From: Antedon mediterranea
Taxonomy: Eukaryota > Animalia > Echinodermata
Length of the DNA: 64,000 bases
Direction of reading: 5' to 3'
Assembly: GCF_964355755.1 (NCBI RefSeq)
Contig: NC_092677.1
Coordinates: forward strand, 24,725,175-24,789,174
Of the stretch, positions 1-12,993 are shown piece by piece. The position numbers were made by a program, and so were the translations under genes. Each line of letters starts with the position of its first letter. Position 1 is the first letter of the stretch. The notes under the pieces were generated by a model. It was not told the origin of the DNA, made no database searches, and saw nothing but the letters and a program-made list of their open reading frames with translations.

Positions 1-69
1 TACCACTAGTAGTAGATATACTAGTATCCAAGTAATCTTCATCAGAAAAATCGTCATCATCATTCAATT
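1..69 (-). CDS. SRCR receptor gene A, start of terminal acidic-stalk/TM exon (runs off window)
   Basis: ttcctag acceptor, then phase-1 ELNDDDDFSDEDYLDTSISTTSG; similar to the starts of the TM exons at 7619 and 10653. Confidence 0.8.
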
Positions 70-472
70 CTAGGAATAAAGGGGATAAAATATATTGTGA
101 ATACAGTATGAATACATATTAAATGGCTGTCAATCAATGCATGTTGGTATTAAAGGATTTCAATAACTTCAATACATCCGTTACATCCTGGAGAAATAAT
201 GGTTACACACATTACATCCGGGTGAAATTTTCCATTTGGCTTTTTTTTAATTATTATATGACACAACAATGGGTGATTTTGTTTTGTTAAAAGATGTACT
301 GTTACAGATTAACTAACTTTATTGCACATGGTAGCCTAAATGTCTATTATATATCTATGGACCTATAATATATCTTAGTGATTTGGATTTTCTGATGCCC
401 ACCGTAATTTACCATTTTCGGACAGCGTTTCCATAGGCGTCTTATAAACTCATGAATACAACAAGAACTTAC

Positions 473-802
473 CTTCATAACACCTTAATTTTACAGGACG
501 GAAACAGAACGAATCGATATACAAATTCTGCTTACAGTACTTCAGACTATCTTCAAATCCATTACATGTAAAGTCAAACCTGTAGTTTAAAGAACTGTCT
601 GACCAGTATTTGTTTTGCAATTGATAGCCATTTGAGTATCCAAGCTGCCTACAAGCTACTTGTGAGTTGTCACCTGTCCAATAATTTATGCAAATTTGAC
701 TCCATTCCTCTTCATACTTTATTTCTAAGCGACCAATATTCGAGGAATATTTCGAGGAATCCCCAAATAGACGTATTGTATAATTTTCAAATTGCTGTTC
801 AT
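473..802 (-). CDS. SRCR receptor gene A, SRCR exon 4
   Basis: 330-nt phase 1-1 exon, ctag|AT...GAA G|gtaag; IRL..GRLEIKY..WSQIC..W..SQVACRQLGY..FTCNG.E.SL.YC, 6 Cys. Confidence 0.9.
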
Positions 803-1752
803 CTAGACAAATAAAATTCAATAACCATACATTAAAAGAAAAATAAATTGAAATAAGAGTTTACAAACATAAGCTTCAACACATTTCTTTAAAATTCCCT
901 CTTTCACCCTTGTTTACTCCATAATGTTGTTCCCACTAGGACGCAAAACCATGGAGAAAAATGTTTTTCCCTTCATGGAAAAAACGTAAAGTAATTAGAC
1001 AAACCACACGCGATTAGCTAGAATAGAATGCCTACAAGAGTGGTACCAATACAACGTTACATTGATTTTTTTTTGTGTTAAGAAAGAAACATTAAAATTA
1101 TAATAATAATTGTTATTAGTACAATTCAGTATCAATAAGATATTGTATCTACTATTTATTTTTGTAAATGCTGATAATAAAAAAATAATATTTACTGCAA
1201 ATGGATAGCAAATAATGGGTTTTCATACATAGTTTACAGTTCCATAAAATACTGTTAATTCTTCCCCACCCCACCCCTCCAACAAACACCCAACACTTCT
1301 GAGTCATCACTACTTACGATAGATTGTTTTGTGTTATTATGTGTTGGATTGTATACATTCAAAGAAAGAAATAGAAATAATGCCTTTTGTTAAACCATGT
1401 GTTGTTATTAGTTGGGATGATTAATCTACAAGAAGGAATTATCTAAATGTTGACCCCTTAAAAAATAAATCATTATAGTAAAAGTTATGTTGCATAATTT
1501 CCATGTATGCACTTCTACATATTATAGCTAAAAAAACAAATACTCTGTACTTTCCCGTTTTGTTCATTTACTAAAATCTACATTTTTTAGATAATGCTTT
1601 TTCATAAATCAGGGCAGAAATCTACGGGAGTAATTGTAAAGGTCCTGTTTACTACTGGTGAAGTATGTCTCTTCTTGTCGGGGTGGCTTATACAGGCGTA
1701 AATGGGCGTTCCATAGGCGTCTTATAAACTAATGAATACAACAAGAACTTAC

Positions 1753-2082
1753 ATTCATAACACTTTAATTTTACAGGACGGAAACAGAACGAATCGATAT
1801 ACAACTTCTGCTTGCAGTACTTCAGACTATCTTCAGATCCATTGCATGTAAAGTCAACCTTGTAGTTTAAAAAACTGTCTGACTCGTAGTCGCCGTACAA
1901 TTGATAGCCTCTTGAGTATCCAAGCTGCCTACAAGCTACTTGTGCATTTTCAACTGCCCAATCCCTTATGCAAATTTGACTCCACTCCCCTTCATACTTT
2001 ATTTCTAAGCGACCAATATTTGAAGAATTTTCCGAGGAATCTCCAATAAGACGTATTGTATAATTTTTAAATTGCTGTTCAT
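1753..2082 (-). CDS. SRCR receptor gene A, SRCR exon 3
   Basis: 330-nt phase 1-1 exon with canonical splice sites, 6-Cys SRCR pattern. Confidence 0.9.
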
Positions 2083-3056
2083 CTAGACAAATAAAATTCA
2101 ATAACCATACATTAAAAGAAAAATAAATAGAAATAACAGTTTACAAACATACGCTTCAAAACTTTTCTTTAAAATTCCGTCTTTCACCTTTTTTTACTCA
2201 ATACCCTCTATAAATGTTGTTCACACTAGGACGCAAAACCGTAGAGGAAAATGGTTTTCCCCTTCATAGAAAAAACGCAAGTAATTTGACAAACCACAAG
2301 CTACTAGCCAGAATATATTTTTTTGTGGTAAGAAAGAAATATTAAAATAATAATAATAATAATTGTTATTAGTATAATTCAGTATCAACAAGATATTGTA
2401 TCTAATATTTCTGTGTAAATGCTGATGGATAATAAAAAAATACTATTTACTGCAAATGGATAGCAAATGATGAGTTTTCGTACATAGTTAATACAGTTCT
2501 ATTAAATATTGCTAAATCTTCCCCACCCCACCCTCCAACACCCCTCACCCAACACTTCTGAGTCAAATAATATTCCCAATTCCTATCACTACTTACGATA
2601 GATTGTTTTGTGTTATTATAATGTGTTGGATTGTATACATTCAAAGAAAGAAATAGAAATAATGCCTTTTGTTAAATTATGTGTTGTTATTAGTTGGGAT
2701 GATTAATCTACAAGAAGGAATTATCTAAATGTTGACCCCTTAAGAAATAAATCATTATAATAAAATTTATGTTGCATAATTTCCATGTATGCACTTCTAC
2801 ATATTATAGCTAAAAAACACATAATCTCTCCTTCAGTTTTTTAGGATAAACTCAAACCCGTTTTGCTCAATTACTAAAATCTACATTTTTTTAGATAATG
2901 CCTTTTCATAAATCAGGGCAGAAATCTACGGGAGAAATTGTAAAGGTCCTGTTTGCTGCTGGTAAAGTATTTCTCTTCTTGTCGGGGTGGCTTATACAGG
3001 CGTAAATGAGCGTTCCATAGGCGTCTTATAAACTAATGAATACAACAAGAACTTAC

Positions 3057-3386
3057 CTTCATAACACCTTAATTTTACAGGGTGAAAACAGAGCGGATCG
3101 CTATACAAATTGTGCCTACAGTACTTCAGACTATCTTCAGATCCATTACATGTAAAGTCAACCCTGTAGTGTAAAGAACTGTCTGACTCGTAGTCGCTGT
3201 ACACTTGATAGCCTCTTGAATATCCAAGCTGCCTACAAGCTACTTGTGAGTTTTCACCTGTCCAATCGTTTATGCAAATTTGACTCCATTCCTCTTCATA
3301 CTTTATTTCTAAGCGACCAATATTTGAAGAATTTTCCGAGGAATCTCCAATAAGACGTATTGTATAATTTTTAAATTGCTGTTCAT
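3057..3386 (-). CDS. SRCR receptor gene A, SRCR exon 2
   Basis: 330-nt phase 1-1 exon with canonical splice sites, 6-Cys SRCR pattern. Confidence 0.9.
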
Positions 3387-4407
3387 CTAGACAAATAAAA
3401 TTCAATAACCATACATTAAAAGAAAAATAAATTGAAATAACAGTTTACAAACATTTGCTTCAACACATTTATTTAAAATTCCGTCTTTCACCTTTTTTTA
3501 CTCCATACCCTCTATAAATGTTGTTCCCACTAGGACGCAAAACCGTGGAGGAAAATGGTTTTCTCCTTCATGGAAAAAACGCAAGTAATTTGACAAACCA
3601 CAAGCCAGTAGCCAGAAAATATATGCCTACCAGAGTATTATATGTACTAATCTAACATAACATTGATATATTTTTTTGTGGTAAGAAAGAAATATTAAAA
3701 TAATAATAATAATAATTGTTATTAGTATAATAAAGTATCAATAAGATATTGTATCTAATATTTTTGTGTAAATGCTGATAATAATAAAAAAATACTATTT
3801 ACTGCAAATGGATAGAAAATGATGAGTTTTCGTACATAGTTAACACAGTTCTATTAAATACTGCTAAATCTTCCCCACCCCACCCTCCAACACCCCTCAC
3901 CCAACACTTCTGAGTCAAATAATATTCCCAATTCCTATCACTACTTACGATAGATTGTTTTGTGTTATTATAATGTGTTGGATTGTATACATTCAAAGAA
4001 AGAAATAGAAATAATGCCTTTTGTTAAATTATGTGTTGTTATTAGTTGGGATGATTAATCTACAAGAAGGAATTATCCAAATGTTGACCCCTTAAGAAAT
4101 AAATCATTATAATAAAATTTATGTTGCATAATTTCCATGTATGCACTTCTACATATTATAGCTAAAAAACACATAATCTCTCCTTCAGTTTTTTAGGATA
4201 AACTCAAACCCGTTTTGCTCAATTACTAAAATCTACATTTTTTTAGATAATGCCTTTTCATAAATCAGGGCAGAAATCTACGGGAGAAATTGTAAAGGTC
4301 CTGTTTGCTGCTGGTAAAGTATGTCTCTTCTTGTCGGGGTGGCTTATAAGGTGTAAAAGAGCGTTCCATAGGCGTCTTATAAACTAATGAATACAACAAG
4401 AACTTAC

Positions 4408-4737
4408 CTTCATAACACCTTAATTTTACAGGGTGAAAACAGAGCGGATCGCTATACAAATTGTGCCTACAGTACTTCAGACTATCTTCAGATCCATTAC
4501 ATGTAAAGTCAACCCTGTAGTGTAAAGAACTGTCTGACTCGTAGTCGCTGTACAATAGATAGCCTCTTGAATATCCAAGCTGCCTACAAGCTACTTGTGA
4601 GTTTTCACCTGTCCAATCGTTTATGCAAATTTGACTCCACTCTCCTTCATACTTTATTTCTAAGCGACCAATATTTGAAGAATTTTCCGAGGAATCTCCA
4701 ATAAGACGTATTGTATAATTTTCAACTTGCTGTTCAT
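4408..4737 (-). CDS. SRCR receptor gene A, SRCR exon 1
   Basis: 330-nt open exon DEQQVENYTIRLIGD...VKLRCYE; the ORF track shows only its 3' half. Confidence 0.9.
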
Positions 4738-5408
4738 CTAGACAAATAAAATTAAATAACCATACATTAAAAGAAAAATAAATTGAAATAACAGTTTACA
4801 AACATTTGCTTCAACACATTTATTTAAAATTCCGTCTTTCACCTTTTTTTACTTTTTACTCCATACCCTTTATAAATGTTGTTCCCACTAGGATGCAAAA
4901 CCGTGGAGGAAAATGGTTTTCCCCTTCATGGAAAAAACGCAAGTAATTTGACAAACCACAAGCCAGTAGCCAGAAAATATATGCCTACCAGAGTATTATA
5001 TGTACTAATCTAACATAACATTGATATACTTGTTTGTGGTAAGAAAGAAATATTAAAATAATAATAATAATAATTGTTATTAGTATAATTCAGTATCAAT
5101 AAGATATTGTATCTAATATTTCTGTGTACATGCTGATGGATAATAAAAAAAGATATTTACTGCAAATGGATAGCAAATGATGAGTTTTCGTACATAGTTA
5201 ACACAGTTCTATTAAATACTGCTAAATCTTCCCCACCACACCCTCCAACACCCCTCACCCAACACTTCTGAGTCAAATAATATTCCCAATTCCTATCACT
5301 ACTTACAATACATTGTTTTGTGTTATTATAATGTGTTGGATTGTATACATACAAAGAAAGAAATATAGATACATTTATTTCTATACATTAATTCTTGATC
5401 GACATTAC

Positions 5409-5463
5409 CTGAGGTAACCAAAATGATACACGTCAAGGCGATTGTCCATCTAAACAGAAGCAT
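5409..5463 (-). CDS. SRCR receptor gene A, signal-peptide exon
   Basis: ATG at 5463, MLLFRWTIALTCIILVTS G|gtaat; 55 nt, phase 1; similar to the signal exons of genes C, D and E. Confidence 0.85.
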
Positions 5464-6164
5464 CTTTCACAAATATGTCTGAAACAAAATTAAATCGAAC
5501 AAATGTAGTCTATTATAATTCAAGTATGTTAATATCTATCTATCCATGGAAGATCTATCTTTATCTATCAATCTATCTCTTTACTAAAAGGTACTTCTAT
5601 ACTGTTAGTACATTCTTTCCAAAGTCCCAAATTTGTGTAGCAAAACAGAACAGTTGATCAAATTGACACTGTCAGATTCAACCTTTCCTCGTTTAATATG
5701 AAAACGATCAACTTACTTACCGATGTTGTCTATAATGATCCTATCTAAGTTGTGATACGGATTCTTATTAGACCAGATTTATAGTTGTATGTTGTGTAAA
5801 TCATGCACGTCGTCACTTTTACCATGTACTTGCATCCTGCTGATTATTTTCCATTTTGTCCTTTTATTATATTATTTACCATCAAACCTGTCATGACGCA
5901 TTTGTGTATTATATAAATTCGTGATGGAAATATAAACCCGTACATAACCATTTATTGTATTCTCTATTTCATAAACCTCTGAAATTTAAAATCCGGTATT
6001 ACATTTCAAAACAGAATTTAAGTATCAAACACTTGAAAAGTTAAGAATCACTCCGTCATACTTTCCACCAACATTTAATAATCTTCAAATTTCCTTTCCT
6101 AATCTAAATATTCATTTTTGGCAAATTGCCAAAAATAACCATAAGCGAATTCATTCACAGTTGC

Positions 6165-6340
6165 AATCATGTTCACAGGACAAACATATACACAAGATAC
6201 TCTGCATAAACAAAATATTGACCAGATCTTTGGGAGTAGAGTTTAGTCACAGTCATGAGAACAAATCCGGACATCTGAAGGGAATTGAACCAAAGACCCT
6301 GGAATTGGTAGCCGAGCATATTAACCACAAAGCTACAACT
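6165..6340 (-). mobile_element. Degenerate tRNA-derived SINE (same family as 52090-52290)
   Basis: Minus strand has A-box-like TAGCTTTGTGG and B-box GGTTCAATTCC; body aligns by eye to the 52.1-kb copy. Confidence 0.55.
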
Positions 6341-7080
6341 CCACTCCAAATATGTTTTTTTAAACTTAATTTTTTCCAGATTTTAGGTAAGATGTTACGT
6401 AAATAAACTTGGATAACGCAAAGTCTGTCTATTTGAAAAGGTGCCAATTCCATTTCTGAAAATACCATCTTTTTTTATCTCCAGAAAATACAAAATATCA
6501 AAATACAACATTAAAATAAAAGAGCAATATTGTGATTACGAAAAACATGCACCCAAAAGTGGTATTGGCTCAGATTACAACTTGTTAAACATTTTTTTAA
6601 TTAAACAGCGTCACATAACAGTTTTATTTGTTTTCAAAACTACGGTCTATGCCTGTCAACATTCCATTCAATGTTCTAGATAATAGAAACAACTTCTCTC
6701 AGCATATCATTTTCTGATTCGGGATTATTTTTGCCTTGATATAAAGACGATTGTGAATAAAGGTGTGGCATTGATGCAATCACAGACTTTATTCTATCGT
6801 TTAATATAACAGACGCATCTGAGAGAGGAACAACTGTTTTAGTAGGGAAAACTGGAGCAAAAATATTTTCTACTAGTGAATCATTTCTCTTTTTCATGCT
6901 ATGACTTAGGCAGCAGGCAATAATAGGCGAACATATAGCCAGTAGATAACAGCCTTCAAAGCAATCACTAACGCCTCAAAGAATGAAGCAATATCACCTT
7001 ATTATCATATAGAAAACTATAGTAATGTTAAGATTAAAAATGATATTAAAAGTTAGCTCCGGGTATGATGTTTCTAATGT

Positions 7081-8253
7081 TTATATTTTATTTTCTGCTA
7101 TGAAAAGGAAAAGTTCGTGCACGAAAGGTGGTGGCGGTAAGTCATATATAGTTTTCAATTTTACGCCTTCTCTCATAACAACATCGTATGAAGGAGGAGG
7201 AATGTCTTGAGAAGATTCCGGGTCTTGAGAAGAGCAAGGGTTTTGAGACGCGCAAGGGTTTTTAGACGCGCAAGGGTTTTTAGACGCGCAAGGGTTTTGA
7301 GACGCGCCAGGGTTTTGAGACGCGCAAGGGTTTTGAGACGCGCAAGGGTTTTGAGACGCGCCAGGGTTTTGAGACGCGCCAGAAGAGGATGAAGTTGCTG
7401 AATTATCATTGGTTTGGTACTCAGCTCATTCGTTAACAACTCCTCTACAATAATTTTCATCTGCTGAAGTAAGCCTACATTTCTTCCTGCACAATCCATA
7501 TACGTAACTGCATAGTAGACAGACGAAACAGCACAAGTAAGGGGTAGAGAATATCATAACCATAAAAACACCTGCTACAACAAAAGATTCATCAGAATCA
7601 TCGTCATCATCATTTAATTCTGTAATATGAATAAACAGGATAATAATTGTGAATAAATTACTTTGAATTCATTAATTAATATTCATGAATATTGGTATAA
7701 GGGGGTGTTTAGTGGTATCAGGCGGTGTCTAGTAGGACCTTTAAACCTTATGGATTGACATAACTTTTTAGAGACAGAATATCGCTGTAAGTCCCTTCTG
7801 GTTTCTATTTTATGTAAACTTCTATGGGCCGCGCGTCGGGTTCGTTCTCTGCTGTCCACTCATAAACGAATTTAATTCCATAAATGTCGTTTAAGTTAGT
7901 TAGTCAAAACTTCAACCTTAAAAATCATCAGTACCTCCAAAACACTTCAATTTTACAGGACTGGTTGTCATACAAATGCTGCTTGCAGTCCTTCAGACTA
8001 TCTTCCAATCCATTACATGTAAAGTCGACCTTGTAGTTTAAGGAACCATCTAGCACGGCGTAACTGTTCAATTGAGAGCCATTTGAGTACCCAAGCTGCC
8101 TACAAGCTACTTGTGAGTTTTCACTTGTCCAATCATATATGCAAATTCGACTTCACTCGCCTTGGTACTTCATTTCTAACCGACCAATATTCGATGAATT
8201 TCCAGAGGAATCTCCAATAAGACGTAATGAATAATTTTCCAATTGCTGTTCAT
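7081..8253 (-). pseudogene. SRCR receptor pseudogene B (SRCR exon 7935-8253; TM/tail exon 7081-7619)
   Basis: SRCR exon has TGA at 8153-8155 in place of the conserved Trp and is 11 nt short (319 vs 330, frameshift); tail exon has in-frame TGA at 7426-7428; no signal exon found. Confidence 0.82.
7237..7380. repeat. 18-bp minisatellite x8 inside the tail exon of pseudogene B
   Basis: agggttttgagacgcgc(a/c) repeated 8 times; reads (G/C)AS(Q/K)NP in the homologous frame. Confidence 0.95.
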
Positions 8254-9053
8254 CTAGACCAATACAATTCGATAACCATACATTAAAAGAAAACAAAATA
8301 TTAAAACGACAGTTTACAAACATAAGCTTTAACACATTTGTTTTTTAACTTCCTCCCTCTTTCACCTTTTTAGTCCGTGCCCTCTATAAAGGTTGGTTTC
8401 TTAGGGCGAAAAATGCAAATTGACATACCGGCACAAGCGGGTAACCATAGCTATACTGGAGAGTTAAAACGTATATGAGTTTTGTTTGCTATAAAATAGT
8501 AACCCTTGCAACAACATTGATAATAATCGCAGTTATTTGTGGTCTTTTGCAAAACCCGGAGCTGCCCTTTAATTATGAATATATTTTTATTTCTAGACAT
8601 AATATGCATGGGCCTCGAAGGATGTTGGCTAAAAATTTTAAACTGAACTTGAATTGACATAGGGCCTACACATCCTATCCTTGTTGAACGATATGGTTCA
8701 TTGATGTGGGCTGTCGTGAGTAAATTACTCATCGATACCTGGCACAACCTTTAAATGAATAGGACGGATAAAGGCATGCGAGAGATGGCAACAAACCGTC
8801 TAGGTAAAACACGTGTTCAACAAACCGTCCAGGAAGAAGAACCTTTTAAAAAGACGTGTTTGAGTATACAAACTAGTTACCAATTCGTCATGGTATTCTA
8901 CCTACAGGCACACGTAACAGAAATAGCATTCAACTATAGATTAAAAAAATATCAAAACTTTGACAAGAACACATATTCCTACCTTATACCATAGGCCAAA
9001 GGCTGCATTCTCAAACATTGCATATTTCAGGTAAGACGTCCAGCTTCATTTCA

Positions 9054-9155
9054 TTTTTAGTCGCGTGCAACGTGACTCTACAGCTCACTATGTCGGTCGG
9101 TTGGTCGGTATACACTAACTTGAGCACGCGACTGCAGCCATGTATATGGCCTTGT
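9054..9155 (+). mobile_element. Short Helentron-derived (HINE/DINE-like) element
   Basis: TTTTTAGTCGCGTGC...GCACGCGACT subterminal inverted repeat, GTCG/GTTG microsatellite, 3' hairpin then TT. Confidence 0.55.
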
Positions 9156-10273
9156 TAAACATCACGTATCTTATTCAACCACATAAAAGAAAAAATGAGT
9201 GGACAACCCCCCCCCCCCCCTCTCCCCCCCCCCCCCCAAATGGGGGGAAAAGATATATTTTTTTTAATTAAAAAAAACGGAAATGGGTTCTTAACCTCTC
9301 TCTCATACACAATGCAATCATGGTGTTATTAATATTTCTATATGATATTCCATCATCTAGTCGAATCTCTGTGCCATTATTTGTCTAATATATTATTACA
9401 TAGGCAGGTTTCTGATACGACATTATGGTATCTATCAGACTATAACCTAACTCAACCTTCCATGATACAGCAATAACATGTGAAACCTACGGGATACTGT
9501 ATTGCGGACATTTCCTATTGCACTGGACAATGTTCTCGTATGTGGGGATACAGTACTATAAATCGGGTGCAAAGTTGGTGATGATAATTTGTTTGTCATA
9601 ATGATAATACTGACGATTGATATTATGAAATAATGTTTGGAATGATTGACTGATGAAGATAGTTTAGGTCTACCGTGATGAAGATAGTGAGTAATGTTAA
9701 TATAATAATTATATTGTACATTGGTTTCTGAATCATGTGTCCGCATTGGTTAAAATATGTCACATGATGTTCCTCATCACGTGTTCTGTAAATAGTTATT
9801 ATTTCACTCTTCTTGGACTATATCAATCCAAACATATTCTACTTATTAGTATTGTATATTAATTTTATTATTCAATAAATCGGAATAATCCAAAAAAGTC
9901 TTTACTTACAAATAGTGAATTCAATCTAAAAGAAAAACACATACAAAAAGAGGAATTAATTTGCAAAATATAGTTACAGCAATAATTTTGTTTAGGTATT
10001 TCAGATGATTTTGGAAGACATGGGCCTTCCTCTCCACTCTGAATTTAGAAGGGGTATACAATAAGGAAGCACATTACTAATGTAAATGGCAACACCATTA
10101 CAAATATTCGTTCTGTCCAGCAGAAAAAAAGTAAATTTAAAATACCCAAGGGATTTAAGATTTTTGTCTGCTGTTAGTCATGAGAAATGTCATTTTTGCT
10201 TCTTAACCACCAAAGGAAAAGTTCGTGCTTATTGAAATTTATGTTTCATTTTAGGTTACCATATTTCTTGTTT

Positions 10274-10653
10274 TTATACAGGTGATTGCACGTAAGGTGG
10301 GGGCGGTGAGTCATACAAAGATTTGAATCTATCATCTTCCATAACAGAAGCGTATGACGGAGGAAGGTCGTGAGAAGGGCCAGGGTCTTGAGAATAGAAC
10401 GATGTTGCTGAATCCTCATTGGGTTGTTCAGCACCTTCATTGACAACTCCTATAGGACGAGTTGTATTTACATTATTTGCTGAAGTACTTCTATTGCGGC
10501 ACAGACAGGCGTAACAGCAACAGTAAAGGCCAAGGAGTATCAGAAAAATTATAACAATTATAAATCCATTAGAAAAAAGTCCAACACCATTGTCAGAGAA
10601 ATCATCGTCGACAAAATCGTCATCAGAACCATTTTCATCAGAATCACGTAATT
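10274..10653 (-). CDS. Gene C terminal exon: acidic stalk, TM, Cys cluster, PPxY tail
   Basis: Phase-1 exon ELRDSDENGSDDDF...FIIVIIFLILLGLYCCCYACLCRNR...LPPSY...SPPPPYVQSPV*; this frame is not in the ORF track. Confidence 0.88.
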
Positions 10654-10961
10654 CTATAATGTTAATTGTGAATACAGTATAATTAATTTGAATTTTTACG
10701 GATTCAATTCTACAAAATATTGCTAGTCATTTATGTTTAAAATTTAAACTATAAACCTGAAAAATACTTCAATTTTACCGGATGGTGGCAGTGTCGGTTG
10801 TCAGTTAAATGCAACTTTATCACTAAGACCAAATATAGACATGATAATGTCATATCACCACCATATTTGACAACATCACATTTTTTGTGTCAAACTAGTG
10901 TAGACAGAGCTTTAAATATATTCATTTACGTCACGGAACTATCAACTCATAAGTGGCTTAC

Positions 10962-11291
10962 CTTTATAACATTTTAATTTAACAATAAAACAGTACGGAT
11001 CGTGATCAAAATGCTGCTTGCAGCCCTTCAAACTATCTTCAAGTCCATTACACGTAAAACTAACTTGGTTGGAATCGTCTGGCTTGGAGTAGCCGTACAA
11101 TTGCTCGCCTCTTGAGTATCCAAGCTGCCAACAAGCTACTTGTGAATTTTCACCTGTCCAATCATTTATGCAAATTCGGCTCCACTCTCCTTGATACTTT
11201 ACTTCTAACCAACCAACATTCGAGGAATAATCTCCAGTAAGACGTAATGAATAGTTTGGAAATTCTTGATCTACACTATCTTCATATTCAT
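10962..11291 (-). CDS. Gene C SRCR exon
   Basis: 330-nt open phase 1-1 exon NYSLRLTGD..VGWLEVKYQGEWSRICINDW..VACWQLGY..FTCNGLEDSLKGC..C..VKLKCYK. Confidence 0.88.
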
Positions 11292-11584
11292 CTAGATAAT
11301 AGAATCACGATACATTAGAAAAATGCAAATCTACATAACAAGTATTATTATTTTAGTTCCTGATAGCATACCTTTTTGAGATTGATTCTTCTCGATATTA
11401 ACCTAAAAAATTACCCTTCTTTAGTTCGCGACAATAATTCAAAATTATGCCCGTAGGCCTACATTGTGATTTACTGTACTCTACCACTCTATAGCATTCT
11501 CCAGAAACGTTGACATTTTCACAACCATATTTTATTTCCTTTGGAATCACATGGTTTACCGCAAGCCTAACTTTATACACTAAC

Positions 11585-11765
11585 CTGAACATATGAAACG
11601 AACTTTAAAGTCACTACACTTCCTGTTTGGCTGGTCCACATTTTTACATTTGAGGCCCGAAGAAGCGCTACAAGTAACATCCTCTCCAGTTGCAGTGTAA
11701 GGCAATCCACTAGCAGTCTGACATTCGATAGCTGTTGGATTTTCACACATTTCATCGGGATACTC
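11585..11765 (-). CDS. Gene C WxxW (Mucin-2 CysD/CILP-type) domain, second exon
   Basis: Phase 0-1 exon EYPDEMCENPTAIECQTASGLPYTATGEDVTCSASSGLKCKNVDQPNRKCSDFKVRFICS. Confidence 0.85.
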
Positions 11766-12166
11766 CTAGAAAATGTAACAGAAAAGGTTCTTTCTCCCAA
11801 CAAATGTAGTAGAGCCTACATTAATGAGATTTTGTCAAGTCGTCCAGTGACAAAAGAAGGAAGAAGATTTACAAAAAATATCAATTTAGGCCCTAGTTAC
11901 ATAAGGGGCCATCTTACTGCAGTAATTGCATTTTGTTTACTCTTTAACCGGTTTATGAAATTATTTAGCAGCTTTTTGGGTGTAACCATACACACTATTT
12001 CTTGCCGTTAATTGCAGTAAAAAATGTTACTGCATTAGAATAATTTTGACATGATCCCTCGAATCATTTGAACCCTGTAATCATGCTTCAAGTGTAAATT
12101 AAGCAAAGCAAACTATTGATTTCATTAAAAAAGAACTGTTATTTTAGATGGACAGAATGTACTTAC

Positions 12167-12243
12167 GCCGTACAAATCACTAACAGTCTCAAAATCGCCA
12201 ATGTAGGTTGGATCATCGTAGTTAAACCACCGCGTCCACTGGC
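12167..12243 (-). CDS. Gene C WxxW domain, first exon
   Basis: Phase 1-0 exon, gcag| then GQWTRWFNYDDPTYIGDFETVSDLYG then |gtaagt; WxxW and GDFE hallmarks. Confidence 0.85.
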
Positions 12244-12316
12244 CTGCAATGTAAATTCAATGTAAATACCAATAGGCCTAGTAGAATTATGTTGATAATC
12301 ATATTGGGGTAGGGTT

Positions 12317-12872
12317 TTTTTGATCGTCTGGTTTGTCGTTTTGATCTTCTGGTTTGTTTTGATCGTCTGGTTTGTTTTGTTTTGATCGTCTGGTTGTTGT
12401 TTTGATCGTCTGGTTTGTCGTGTTGATCGTCTGGTTTGTTGTTTTGATCGTCTGGTTTGTTTTGATCGTCTGGTTGTTGTTTTGATCGTCTGGTTTGTCG
12501 TTTTGATCTTCTGGTTTGTCGTTTTGATCGTCTGGTTGTTGCTTTGATCGTCTGGTTTGTCGTTTTGATCTTCTGGTTTGTTGTTTTGATCGTCTGGTTT
12601 GTTTTGATCGTCTGGTTGTTGTTTTGATCGTCTGGGTTGTTCTTTTAATCGTCTGGTTTGTTCTTTTGATCGACTGGTTTGTTTTAATCGTCTGGTTTAT
12701 TGTTTTGATCGTCTGTTGTTTTGATCGTCTGGTTTGTTGTTTTTATCGTCTGGTTTGTGGTTTTGATGGCTGGTTTGTAGTTTTGATCGCTGGGTTGTTT
12801 TGATTGTCTGATTTGTTGTTTTGATAGTCCGGTGTGTTTTGATCGTCTGGTTTGTTTTGATCGTCCGGTTTG
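12317..12872. repeat. Intronic minisatellite, 18-21-bp unit (ttttgatcgtctggtttg[tcg])
   Basis: Tandem copies visible directly. Confidence 0.95.
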
Positions 12873-12993
12873 CATGTTTGTCGTGTCATATCATGTACAA
12901 ATATCTCATTTTGTCAAAAGACGTTTTTTAAATAGTATAATTATTAATTAATTATTAAGAACTTATTGACATATTATTTGCTGATCTCTCTAC

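Larger units (their letters stand above)
430..5365. repeat. ~1.3-kb tandem exon+intron repeat, about 4 units
   Basis: Exon starts at 802, 2082, 3386 and 4737 (spacing 1280, 1304, 1351); intron blocks recur almost verbatim. Confidence 0.92.

Noticed and set aside
2447-5354. Three similar 65-aa ORFs (MNVYNPTHY...)
   Set aside because: They lie in the repeated intron; similarity comes from the 1.3-kb duplication, and the copy near 1200-1360 is disrupted
7173-7499. (LARLKT)n and antisense (RRARVL)n repeat proteins
   Set aside because: Off-frame readings of an 18-bp repeat; the frame homologous to gene C reads ASQNP
7426-8155. Two in-frame TGA codons as selenocysteine or readthrough
   Set aside because: They replace Trp and Gly by single changes and occur with a frameshift; no SECIS element seen
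9460-9600. Plus-strand fragments resembling SRCR (PIALDNV..C) or GIY-YIG motifs
   Set aside because: Need frameshifts, are short and lack splice support; cannot be separated from chance
11398-11584. Cys-containing ORF between the WxxW and SRCR exons as an extra exon
   Set aside because: No recognisable domain or convincing splice pair; gene C splices in phase without it
12317-12872. CRISPR-like array (also 38210-39340 and 55785-56246)
   Set aside because: Head-to-tail minisatellites with no unique spacers, no cas genes, and a eukaryotic context
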